64,000 bases of DNA. Source: Azolla caroliniana. Lineage: Eukaryota; Plantae; Polypodiophyta. The notes under the pieces were generated by a model. The model made no database searches and was not told the origin of the DNA. It worked only from the letters and a program-made list of their open reading frames with translations. The translations under genes were made by a program, and so were the position numbers. Below are positions 49,857 to 62,058 of the stretch, piece after piece (positions within the stretch are counted from its first letter, which is position 1; every line of letters begins with the position of its first letter). The stretch lies in contig JBHGNT010000011.1 in the NCBI GenBank assembly GCA_043228905.1, positions 12,462,001 to 12,526,000 on the forward strand, in the 5' to 3' direction.

Positions 49857-52800
49857 CTAAATAGTATTTCGCTCCACTACGTCTGGGCCCCTTGACCGAG
49901 TAACTGGTCTTGTTCCCGATCGTGGCCCCTTCTTCAGCCTTTTTCTGGTTGGTTCCCCATTTAGCCTTGCTTCTAGGACCCAATGCGCAAGTGTGTCCTC
50001 CTCCGACAACCTTCCCATCGCCTCAGCAGCTAATTGCACATCAGCCGTTTCTTGAACTAGCTTTTCAACTACAGAGGGATCTGTTTGGACATTTTTAGTA
50101 GTTGGGCTCGGTGGGGTGGAATCAAGGTCTTGAGACTCGAAGAAATGTTGCATCAAGTGTTCATAAACACTGTTGTTGTGAACCTCAGTTTTACATGTTG
50201 TTTCCACTATTTCATGGCATTTCACATCGTTGCCTAATTCAGTACACTGTTCCAAAAGAATAGGGTGCAGCTGATCTGAAGGAGATGTGATAGCAGGACT
50301 CTTACTTTCAGCCACATTGGCAGTAGTATCCTCATCTGTTGCAGCATCATCAGCACCAGACACATCATGTGCCGTCCTTAATCCACAAGATTCTACAATA
50401 ACATGACAGTTATTTAGGATAGCTAATTAGCTACTTTACTAAACTATGGTAGAAGCTAGGATAGCTAATTAGCTAGTACGATAGCTAATTAGCTAGTACG
50501 ATAGCTAATTAGCTAGTATGATAGCTAATTAGGTACTTTACTCAACTATGGTAGTAGTTAGGATAGCTAATTAGGTACTTTACTCAACTATGGTAGTAGT
50601 TAGGATAGCTTATTAGCTACTAGGACAGCTAATTAGCTGCCAGTAGCTAATTAGCTACTAGGATAGCTAATTAGCTGCCAGTAGCTAATTAGCTACTAGG
50701 ATAGCTTATTAGCTACTTTACACAACTATGGCAGTAGCTACTAGGATAGCTAATTAGCTACTAGGATAGCTAATTCGCTAGTAGGATAGCTAATTAGTTG
50801 CCAGCAGCTAATTAGCTAGTAGGATAGCTAATTACCTACTAGGATAGCTAATTAGCTAGTAGGATAGCTTATTAGCTACTTTACACAACTATAGTAGTAG
50901 CTAGGATAGCTAATTAGCTACTATGGTAGCTAATTAGCTACTTTACTCAACTATGGTAGTAGCTAGGATAGCTAATTAGCTACTTTACTAACTATGGTGG
51001 TAGCTAATTACCTACTAGGATAGCTAATTAGCTAGTAGGATAGCTTATTAGCTACTTTACACAACTATAGTAGTAGCTAGGATAGCTAATTAGCTACTAT
51101 GGTAGCTAATTAGCTACTTTACTCAACTATGGTAGTAGCTAGGATAGCTAATTAGCTACTTTACTAACTATGGTAGTAGCTAGGATAGCTAATTAGCTAC
51201 TTTACTAACTATGGTGGTAGCTAGGATAGCTAATTAGCTACAATGAAAGCTAATTAGCTACTTTCTCAACTATGTAGTAGCTAGGATAGCTTATTAGCTA
51301 CTAGGACAGCTAATTAGCTGCCAGTAGCTAATTAGCTACTAGGATAGCTAATTAGCTGCCAGTAGCTAATTAGCTACTAGGATAGCTTATTAGCTACTTT
51401 ACACAACTATGTCAGTAGCTAATTAGCTACTATGATAGCTAATTAGCTAGTAGGATAGCTTATTAGCTAGTAGGATAGCTAATTAGCTAGTAGGATAGCT
51501 AATTAGTTGCCAGTAGCTAATTAGCTAGTAGGATAGCTAATTAGCTTTTTTACACAACTATGGTACTAGCTAATTAGCTAGTACCATAGCTAACTAGCTA
51601 CTAGGATAGCTTATTAGCTACTTTACACAACTATGTCAGTAGCTAATTAGCTAGTAGGATAGCTAATTAGCTAGTAGGATAGCTAATTAGTTGCCAGTAG
51701 CTAATTAGCTAGTAGGATAGCTAATTAGCTTTTTTACACAACTATGGTACTAGCTAATTAGCTACTACCATAGCTAACTAGCTACTAGGATAGCTTATTA
51801 GCTACTTTACACAACTATGGCAGTAGCTAATTAGTTACTAGGATAGCTAATTAGTTGCCAGTGGCTAATTAGCTAGTAGGATAGCTATTTAGCTTTTTTA
51901 CACAACTATGGTACTAGCTAATTAGCTAGTACCATCGCTAATTAGCTACTAGGATAGCTAATTAGCTAGTAGCTCATTAGCTGCCAGTAGCTAATTAGCT
52001 AGTAGGATAGCTAATTAGAAAAGACTAAGCTTATTAGCTACAGTATGGTATACCTGTTTGTTTTCTCCACTCATTTGGTAGAGTTGTACTGCAATCTCCC
52101 AAACAGAATGCAGCAATTCGACAGGCATGTTGAAAACAAAGCAGATGGTATGTGTGGTTGCATGGTTGTAGGTGAACCAACAAAGACGCAGTTTTGTCCT
52201 CCACACCTAACCCGCAAGCGATGCAACGTGCTTGAACTGTCAATAAATCATTTTCTGGTTCTACTTCATTTGGTAAGGGAGCAAGAATGTTCAGGTCCAA
52301 ATCCTGTCTGGTCCTTACCATTCCCTCCACAAAATGTAGCTTCTTCTTAAGGCAGCTAACTACCTGTTCTTGATGAATGTATTGTTCCTTCAACGCAACA
52401 GAGAAATTTACCGATTAATTATTCTTGTTGTTGAAAGATACACCAACTTTGCTCAGGAATCGTTAACTTACTTGAAGCTTATCCAAATTGTAATCTGCAA
52501 CAGTATTTACACCTAGAAGGTCCAGGTTCATTGAAAGAACCTGGATCTCTATTTGCAGTTCTATTTTATGCTGGGGATCCAGTGGCCCCTCTAATTCAAG
52601 CTCCTGTTGCGCAACCTATTTCAGATAATGCTTGATTAGCACATTTTACCCGTTATTTATAACACAATCACATACCAGCAAAACAATAGTTACCTGAATC
52701 TTATTTCTAATTGTTGTAACAGCAGAAGTAACTTTGCTCTCCATTGCAGAAGCCATTGTGGCTTTCTCTAAATCAGTCTTAAAAAATGCCAATGTCTCAC

Positions 52801-53960
52801 AGGCTTCATGGACATTTTTTAGCATATAGCTAACCAATGTCTCACCTGTATCATCGACATTGTCTTTCCTTGGGTGTCGGTGTGGTGTATGCCCCCGGTC
52901 TTGCTGGGAGTCGGCAGTTGCATCAACAGCTGCCATGCTCCAAAATCTGTCTATTTTTTGTGCCAAGGTCCCCATCTTTCGGCATCTTTTTACCGATGCC
53001 TCACCATAGACTGCCCAAGCTACCCTATACATTTCAGGGTCTCTAGATTCCTTCGCTGTTTTGCAGTACTCATATGCAAATGCTCTAGCAAATGAAACTG
53101 ACAACTCATTGTTGACTGGGATCTCCTGATGAACTTTCTGGTGCAGTCTCATGCAGTCATCGTACAAGTCGGCTCGTACATGCTTCAGCTTGACCTTGCC
53201 TTTGACTCTAGGCACTGTATATACTGTCATCCAGTCTATATCACTGATCAATTTATCACTTAGGACAGCAGGGTCAACACCCTCGAGTGACAGACCATAG
53301 GTGTTGTGGAAGTCCTCCTTTGTCTCGCAAAATTTTGCGAAGTTTAGCACTCTCGTATACGGAGGAACGAGCCATCTGAAATATCATTTCAGAAATCAGA
53401 AATAGTGCAAAATCAGAATATGTGAGAATCAAAAACCCCAATCAACAACAACAAAAATGGTGCAAAATCTTTAACTTAGCAAATCAGAAACCCTAATCAT
53501 AATTTGTATTCAGAAATTTGAAATCAGAAACCCTAATCAAAATCTGTAATCTGAAGTTTGAAATCAGAAACCCTAATCAAAATCTGTAATCAGAAGTTTG
53601 TAACCAGAAACCTTATTCAGAAATTCTAATCAGAAATTTATAATCAAAAACCCTAATCAGAAATTTCAATCAGAAACCCTAATAAAAAATTTCAATCACA
53701 AACCCTAATCAGAAATCCTAAGCAGAAATTTATAAACAAAAACCCTATTCAGAAATTCTAATTTGTAATAAAAATTTGTAACCAGAAACCCTATTCAGAA
53801 ATTCTAATCAGAAATTTATAATCAAAAACCCTAATCAGAAATTTCAATCACAAAGCCTAATCAGAAATTTCAATCACAAACCCTAATCACTAAAGACAGG
53901 ATTAAACACAAAAAAAGTAATATAAACACACCTGTTGCTACTCCCCGATTTGCGAGACAT
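49857..53960 (-). CDS. Five-exon RING-H2 protein (~574 aa), transposon cargo, copy B; exons 53960-53932, 53375-52694, 52615-52472, 52387-52054, 50392-49857
   Basis: GT-AG introns with matching phases giving a 1725-nt open frame; N-terminal unknown domain, coiled-coil-like middle, RING-H2, acidic tail ending in a basic NLS-like RKRLKK. Confidence 0.78.
50415..52040. repeat. TAGCTAATTAGCTA array in RING-gene intron 4, copy B (~1.6 kb)
   Basis: Palindrome repeats with higher-order duplications; about three times longer than in copy A. Confidence 0.95.
53425..53890. repeat. Telo-box-containing ~30-bp repeat array, RING-gene intron 1, copy B
   Basis: About 10 AAACCCTA(A/T) motifs. Confidence 0.85.
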
Positions 53961-54414
53961 CCTTGTATGGGACTCCAAGGACTTCGCCCTATTCGATTTT
54001 GGGGAAATATGAATCGGCACCAAAGTTCAGACAGTAGTCAAAAAGAAAAAACAAATGTTTGGGGTTTCTGTAACTGAAACATACCTGGACGATGATCGAG
54101 CCGGTTCTGTGTTGTAGCTCTCAATCTGCAATGTCGATTTTTTGCTGTTGCGGGAGCTACGTCTGCGTTCGTGCTCTGAGTACTCCATCTGCGTTCAAAA
54201 TCAGACTTAGGCTAAACAGGAAATTGATGACATTGAAGTCGACCTTAGATGATGGTGATATTCCCCAAGTTCCACTACGTCTGAAACAGAAGTTCAAATA
54301 TTTGAGTTTTTTCATAAATTAGTTTTTCAAATATTTGATTTTCCCACAAGAAAGACTAGTTAAACAAATAGCTAATTAGCTATGGCCATTTTAGTAGCTA
54401 ATTAGCTATAATAG

Positions 54415-54439
54415 TGTTTCCACTCGCATGCTTTTACCC
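54415..54439 (-). repeat. Right TIR
   Basis: TGTTTCCACTCGCATGCTTTTACCC. Confidence 0.92.
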
Positions 54440-54689
54440 ATGTATATATGCTACTCCAAATTTGAGTATTGTTTGCATAATACATTCTTTACTATCTCAT
54501 TGAAATATCTAATATTTCACGGGCTTATGTAATTTTTTTTTCCAACATAATTGATAATACCCTTATGTAAATATAATTTCAAATCCTTATTAATACCCTT
54601 ATATATATATATATTCTGTATCTCACTGATTAATTTAAACCCCTTTTGATGAACTCACGTGCTATCATACAAGTTTTGACAGTGAAGCC

Positions 54690-57240
54690 CCCGGGTCAGT
54701 GCCCTTCGACGGAGACACGACGTAGAGAGTGTGGACCGGTAAGGAAGTGTCTTTCCGACATCTGAAGGTGTTCGGGTGTCTTGCTTACGTGCATGTTGCA
54801 AAGGACCGGAGAGCAAAGTTGGATCCAAAGTCCTGGCCTTGCATATTCCTCGGATACGACGACGATGAGTTTGGCTACCGAGTGTGGGATCCGGTCGACC
54901 AGAAGGTTTTCCGGAGTCGAGATATTATCTTCATGGAGGACAAAACCCTTGCAGATTGGGAGTCAGAGAAGAAGATAATGAACTCCGAGTCGAACGGTAA
55001 GGATCAGTTCGATGAGATACGGACCCGGCTAAGAGCCGGTTGAAACTCGAAGAACCGGCCGGTTACAGAGAGGAAACTGCACCGACCAAAGTAGAAGAAG
55101 AAGCAGAAACCGGAGCTGGCCAAGACCCCGAGGCCAAGACCCCGAATCGGATTCGGATGAAGAACAAACAGAGGAGCCGGTTGTTGAAAGCCAAGGACGC
55201 AAATATCCTCTCAAGGAGAGAAGGCCCCCTCGGAGATTTCTGGATGCAGAGCGCGTGCTGCTAACTGATGAGGGGGAGCCGGAAAGCTTTGAAGAAGCAA
55301 AGGAGTACACCCACAGCTGCAAGTGGTTGAGTGCCATGCAGGACAAGATGGATTCCCTGCATGAGAACCACACGTATGAACTGGTGGAGTTGCCAAAAGG
55401 AAAGCGGGCACTCTGGAATAAGTGGGTGTACAAGTTGAAACCGGGAGATGCTGACAACCCCCCAAGATACAACGCCAGGATTGTCGTGAAGGGGTTCCAG
55501 CAGAAGAAGGGAGTGGACTTCGACGAGATATTTGCCCCGGTAGTGAAGATGACTTCCATCCGGACGGTGCTGAGTATAGCGGCAAGCATGGACCTCGAGG
55601 TACAACAACTAGACGTGAAGACGGTGTTCCTTCACGACGACCTCGAAGAAGAGATCTACATGCAACAACCGAAAGGATTTGTGAAGAAAAGGGAATGAGC
55701 ACCTGCTGTGCTGGTTGAAGAAGAGCTTATACGGACTGAAGCAAGCTCCCTGGCAATGGTACCGGAAGTTTGACTCCTTCATGACCGATCAAGGGCCGAT
55801 CACTACGTATTTGTGAAGAAATTCGACGGAGGAGATTTCTTGATACTCCTATATGTGGATGATATGTTGATCGTCAGAAGAACCAAGGCAAGATCCGAAT
55901 GTTGAAGAAGGCTCTGAACCGGACCTTCTCAATGAAAGACTTGGGTCCGGCAAGGCAGATATTGGGAATAAACATCATCCGGGACAGGTCGAAGAAACTA
56001 TTGTGGTTGTCACATGAGAAGTATGTGACAAAGGTGCTTTAGCGGTTGAACATGTCGGATGCAAAACCAGTCGGATCGACACTTCTGGCAAACTACAAGC
56101 TATCCGGAAAGCAGAGTCCGAGGACAAAGGCAAAGAAGGCGGATATGATGAAGATACCATATTCCTCTACCGTCGGGAGCTTAATGTACGCAATGGTGTG
56201 TACCCGACCGGATATCGGATACGTAGTAGTAGTGAGCCAATTCATGAGCAATCCCAACAGAGAGCACTAGAACACAGTGAAGTGGATACTCCGGTACTTG
56301 AAAGACACCTCAAGTATGTGCCTCCGATTCGGCTCTGGTAAACCCCAACTTGACGATTTCAAAGACTCGGATATGTCGGATGATGCGGATACCAGCCGGT
56401 CAACATCCGGATATGTCATAACATATGCAGGGGGGGCTGTTTCGTGGCAGTCGAGGTTGCAGAAGACGGTTGCGTTGTCAACCACGGAAGCAGAGTACAT
56501 GGGAACTGTGGAAGCTGGCAAGGAAATATTATGGATGAAGGACTTCATCGGAGAGCTAGGGATCCGGCAAGAGGAATACTGGCTCTACTGCGATAGTCAA
56601 AGTGCCATCCACCTTGCAAAGAATGCGGCATACCATTCCAGAATGAAGCATATCCAGCGCAGATAGCATTGGATCCGGGAGCGAGTTGAAGATTGAGAGT
56701 TTGTGCTGCCGAAGATCCACACGGACGAGAACGGGTCGGACATGCTGACCAAAGTACTGACACCCGACAAGCTGGACACATGTCGGACGCGGATCGGGCT
56801 GACGAAACATCCCATGCCAGAGTGAAGGGGGAGATTGTTGGGATTTCGGTCCCTCCGGATGGGATCATGAGAACCGGATGATGAGTACCCGACAAGGAAG
56901 ACCCGGTGAGAACTGGATGATGCAGGCCCGGTGAGAACTTCTCACTGGATGAAGGGACATATAGGTAAATATGTTTCTGAGAGCCCATTGGGGCTATATT
57001 TGTAAATAGTCTTAATGTCATATTAGTATAAATATGATTAGGGCAAACACTTTATAGATGATGTTGGTCATTCTTTGTGTTGTTGTTGTAACTGTTGTAT
57101 ATATATAGAGAGAGAGATACAAACGAAGAGTGTGAGCACGAGGTCGTTGCCTCCGTGCCCCCTGTTGTATTCTTTTGACATAGTGATAGTTCGGAGTCTG
57201 TGGGCTCCCGTGGTTTTTCCCTCTCAGGGTTTTTCCACGT
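54690..57240 (+). mobile_element. 5'-truncated decayed copia (same family as 43490-48850): integrase end, RT, RNase H, PPT, 3' LTR from 56836 (resumes at 61428 to ~61510)
   Basis: Frameshifted ORFs nearly match the intact pol; PPT GAAGGGGGAGA then TGTTGGGATTTCGGTCCC. Confidence 0.9.
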
Positions 57241-58007
57241 TGTCGTAGTGTGAATCACACACTACGTGAAATGTGTAAAATACTATATCCGATTTAAAGT
57301 ACGTATAATAAATAAAATAAAATATTAAAAATAATTATTATGTGCATAGGGCAGGATTCAAACCCTGTACATCCACGTAGACAAACCCCAACCTTACCAT
57401 TGTACTAACTTATCCTAAATGTTCTAAATATAGATTTAATACGTATAAGACCTTTATTTACGCCTACCTTTATTAATAAGGTAAGTCATGCATTTTTTTA
57501 GAATGCGTGAATACTTTATTTATAAGAAAAAAATGTACACCAATGAAAAATGACTCGTGCACATCTAACGAGCATGAGCACTATATTTAGGAAATAAAAT
57601 CATAGTGTAAAAAGGCAACTCATGCACATTTAGTGTGCATGAACACTCTAGAAAAAGCATGAAGCTATGCTTAGCCTCTTCCATCCTTATATAAGGAGGA
57701 GAGAAAGATGTATGGGGGTTGTTGATTATTTTACAAGGATTTTGATCAATCTAATATATTCGTGGGATTCACGATTTTGTCCATCTACTTCTCTCTTACA
57801 TTCTAAGTATCAATTAATACACTATACTCGTGGGATTCACGAGTTTCATATCTTCCTTTAAATATTTCTCTTTCTTGCAATCCATTCATAAGGAGCCTTA
57901 TCTCATATTCTTCTTTCTCCTAGTCCAAAACCTCAGTGGTTCCCACCTGACTCATGCAACGATCCGGAGCCGAAAGGCACGACACAAGTGGTGAACCCGA
58001 CGTGAAC

Positions 58008-60485
58008 ATGGTTGGCAAGGAAATGGAAAATCAACCGGAGGCTAACAACATGATGATGATGTTCGAGCGGATGCTTCAGGAACAACGTGCGATGTCGGAG
58101 ATAGCGGCCGCAGTAGAGTGGCTCGTGCAACGGATCGGGCAATTCAATGGAAAGGACGTTGTCGTGCCTTTCGGCTCCGGATCGTTGCGTGAGTCGGGTG
58201 GGAACCACAGAGGTCTTGGACTAGGAGAAAGAAGTTCGTGAGATAGAGATTAATTATGAGTAAATAGCAAAGAGAAAGATAAGAAACTCGTGAATCACAC
58301 GAGTATACTATGTTAATTGGTACTTAGGGTGTTAAGAGAGAAGTAGATGTATAAATCGTGAATCCCACGAATAAATTTTGTATTGATTAATACTTAATCC
58401 AAATAATCAACAACCCTTTACATATTTCTCTCCTCCTTATATAAGGAAAGAAGAGCTAAGCATGGCTTCATGTTTTTTTTTTAACAAAAAGTGTTCATGT
58501 CCACTAAATGTGCATGTGATGCTTTTTTATTTCCTAAGTATAGGGCTCATGCACGCTAGATGTGCATGAGTTATTTTTAGTGTCTCACGTTTTTCTTTTT
58601 CATATATTAAAAAAATACACGATTTACCTTTTAATAAAGGTATGCATAAATAAAGGTCTTATACATATTAAATCTATATTTAGAACACTTAAGATAAGTT
58701 AATGTAATGGTAAGGTTGGGGTTTGTCAATGTGGAGGTGTAGAGTTTGAATCACGCCCTGCGCAGTAGTGAGTATTTCCTTTCTTTTTACATTTATGTCT
58801 CTTTATCCGGCTCTTCCTTGCCGGTATGCCGTTTTCTTCCTTGCCGGTATGCCGTCTTTCCTCCTTGCCGGTATGCCGTTTTTCCTCCTTGCCGGTATGC
58901 CGTTTTCTTCCGGTTCTCACCGAGCACTCCATTCTCTACCCGGAGGGACAAAAATATAATTTCCACATAGTGTGCAACCTACACTACGACAACGTATCAC
59001 GCTATCTTCGGGACTACAAGGCAGAAATGCTACGATGCGGGATTTCGGAAGGACTGCAAGTGGCATCCTTCAACCGGGTGGCTACTGACGGGATTCAAGC
59101 AAGTATCCACGGGCTACGACAACAAAATCCGACGTGGGAAGCATTTGAAGAGGCGCTAAAGACCACGTTCGCTATCAAGGACTCCTCCAAGGCAACGCGG
59201 AGAGGATTCGAGGATTGGGTGGAAACGCCGGACAAGGGTATGAAGGTCCTCGATGTGTTTTCGGCATTCGAAAGTCGGTTCAGGAGGTTGTCTGCGAGAG
59301 ATCAATCTATCCTCGCAGTGGACAAAGTTATCATGTTCTTACGAGCCGTAGACGTCCGGGACTGGAAGGATCTTGGAGTGCTTCTAGAGGACACGAATAC
59401 CGAGAGTGGCCTCACCGAAACATGGGAAAGCGTGCGGGATATTGTCGCGCGATACACAAAGAGGGGGCAATGGCTTGCCAACTAAGAAAAGAGGGTTTCG
59501 GAACCGATTCCGAAACCAAGATCCGGATCGGAAGACCATCAACCGCGGGCTCGGGAAGCTATGCCCGAGAAGGGAATCGACGCAACTACGGTGGAGCAGT
59601 TGCTGAAGGAGATGGAGAACTAAAAATCGCGATGGTGAAGAAGTCGGATGACCGTCCCACAAGTTCCAAGTATATGGACCGTTGGTGCATATGGTGCGAT
59701 AGCACCGAACATGATCGGAGGGATTGCGACGAGCACAAGGAAGCGCTACGATGGGATCTTATCTACTACAAGGGAAATCAGATTCATTCGATGGACTCTC
59801 GGAAGCCGCTCCAACCGAACTTCCGAAAAGGCGGTATGAGGAAGGTCCTAGAGGAGGAAATAGCGGCGAAGAGCAATTACGCGACAACCGCGGGAATACG
59901 TGTCGGGGAGTCGTCGGGAGCAAAGGTGTCTTTTTGGCCAGAAGTGCTAGAAAACACCGAGAAAACCGACTCTAACGAGATCCGAAGCACCGTGGAAGGC
60001 ATCCGGGAAGCTACGGGATGGGAGTGCCGCGTCGATAAGAATAGCGTATACGCCCTATGTCAATTACATGAGGTGTATGTGGACGAGAAGCGGCGACGCA
60101 CGGAGGATGCGACTAGACCATCGAAGACACCGGAGAGCTGGAACTTTGACGGAAGAGGGAAAGGAAAATTGATTCTGACATTCAAACTCGCTTCGGGCAT
60201 CGAGCAACGGACGGACATAAAGAAAGTGTTCGAGGAGAGAATCCTTGACAGCTGAGTAGATTTTTCACTTCGGGAACTACTCGGAATAGCAAAAAAGGAG
60301 TTCCATGATCTTCTTGTGGATCTCGTAAAAAGAAAAAGACAAACTATAGAGGAAAATGCGTCGATGGTGAATGCAAATACCGTTCTGATGAACGACACCG
60401 AAGTGGAGGACGAGACTCCGAATTCCCACTATACAAAGCCACATTGGGTGCGTGCAACTACGGAGACTCCTGTCCGAATTGACCC
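58008..60485 (+). pseudogene. gag: gypsy gag with CCHC knuckle, truncated just before the protease
   Basis: FNGKD|VSRYL split by a solo LTR; CIWCDSTEHDRRDC; HYTKPHWVRATTETP then homology is lost. Confidence 0.85.
58160..58991 (-). mobile_element. Solo LTR of the same gypsy family, opposite orientation, with 23-24-bp repeat x4 (58815-58910)
   Basis: TGTCGTGCC...CTACGACA; TSD ACGT 58156-58159 and 58992-58995; removing it restores gag GKDVSRY. Confidence 0.92.
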
Positions 60486-61529
60486 TATGTGATCCTAAAC
60501 AAGACCGACAAGAAAGAGCAATCGGACGAAGATCGCGGTGATGCGGAAAGCGAAGAAAGTGGGTTACAACTCATAGTCGACTTAAGGGGAGAATTGGAGG
60601 AAGCTTCGGATGAAGGTGAATAGCAAGCATCGGGGACTTCGGCACATACCGGAGGATGTGCGGGTTCGGAGGGGGCGAGTGTCGTAGTGTGAATCACACA
60701 CTACGTGAAATGTGTAAAATACTATATCCGATTTAAAGTATGTATAATAAATAAAATAAAATATTAAAAATAATTATTACGTGCATAAGGCAGGATTCAA
60801 ACCCTATACATCCACGTAGACAAACCCCAACCTTACCATTGTACTAACTTATCCTAAATGTTCTAAATATAGATTTAATACGTATAAGACCTTTATTTAC
60901 GCCTACCTTTATTAATAAGGTAAGTCATGCATTTTTTTAGAATGCGTGAATACTTTATTTATAAGAAAAAAATGTACACCAATGAAAAATGACTCGTGCA
61001 CATCTAACGAGCATGAGCACTATATTTAGGAAATAAAATCATAGTGTAAAAAGGCAACTCATGCACATTTAGTGTGCATGAACACTCTAGAAAAAGCATG
61101 AAGCTATGCTTAGCCTCTTCCATCCTTATATAAGGAGGAGAGAAAGATGTATGGGGGTTGTTGATTATTTTACAAGGATTTTGATCAATCTAATATATTC
61201 GTGGGATTCACGATTTTGTCCATCTACTTCTCTCTTACATTCTAAGTATCAATTAATACACTATACTCGTGGGATTCACGAGTTTCATATCTTCCTTTAA
61301 ATATTTCTCTTTCTTGCAATCCATTCATAAGGAGCCTTATCTCATATTCTTCTTTCTCCTAGTCCAAAACCTCAGTGGTTCCCACCCGACTCATGCAACG
61401 ATCCGGAGCCGAAAGGCACGACAACGTTAACATCTTGTGTACTCTCTTGTTTATAGTGTGTGTGCATATACTTGTATTTACCCCCATTCCCATTCTCGGT
61501 GTTTTTTATTCTAAATGACACGATCTGAG

Positions 61530-62058
61530 ACTCAATTGTGGCCAAGTAATATTCCGCGTATTTCTCGTCATCTTCTGGAGAAGTATCCCCTCCCTCTTTG
61601 AGAATTTCCCGCACAAAATGATAATGAACATCGATGTGCTTTATACGTGCGTGAAGGACTTGGTTCTTTGCTAAATGAATAACACTCTAACTGTTAGAAT
61701 ACACATCAAGTTGTTTGTTACCAAGTCCCAAGTCTTTAAGCAGTCCATGAAGTTAGATTGCCTCCTTCACAGCCTCTGTAATTGCATATACTCTAGCTAT
61801 GTTGTAAACAAAGCCACTGTTGACTGCAAAGTAGACTTTCAACTAGTGAACAAATAGCCAGTTGTAGATCGTCGCTTATCCAAATCACCCGCATAGTCAG
61901 AATCACAATATCCAACTATGCATTGATCAAGTGATTTATCTTGATCAAATGTCAATCCAACATCCACTGTATTTTGAAGATACCACGGAATCCATTTCAC
62001 AGCTTGCCAATGACCCTTGCCCCGATAATGCATATACATGCTAACTATACTAACAACT
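61530..62058 (-). pseudogene. Copia RT-end/RNase H fragment
   Basis: HWQAVKWI..YL, GYCDSDYAGDLDKRRSTTGY, HARIKHIDV. Confidence 0.85.

Larger units (their letters stand above)
31665..54439 (+). mobile_element. Sola2-like giant DNA transposon, copy B (complete; ~11.7 kb after removing two nested LTR elements)
   Basis: 25-bp TIRs with one mismatch, ATGT TSD at 31661-31664 and 54440-54443, GGG/CCC termini, DDD transposase. Element boundaries are firm; the Sola2 label rests on recalled family traits. Confidence 0.9.
57241..61423 (+). mobile_element. Internally deleted gypsy element (gag only) inserted in the copia LTR
   Basis: 744-bp near-identical LTRs 57241-57984 and 60680-61423; TSD ACGT; Trp PBS 57989-58006; PPT 60668-60679. 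Confidence 0.92.
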
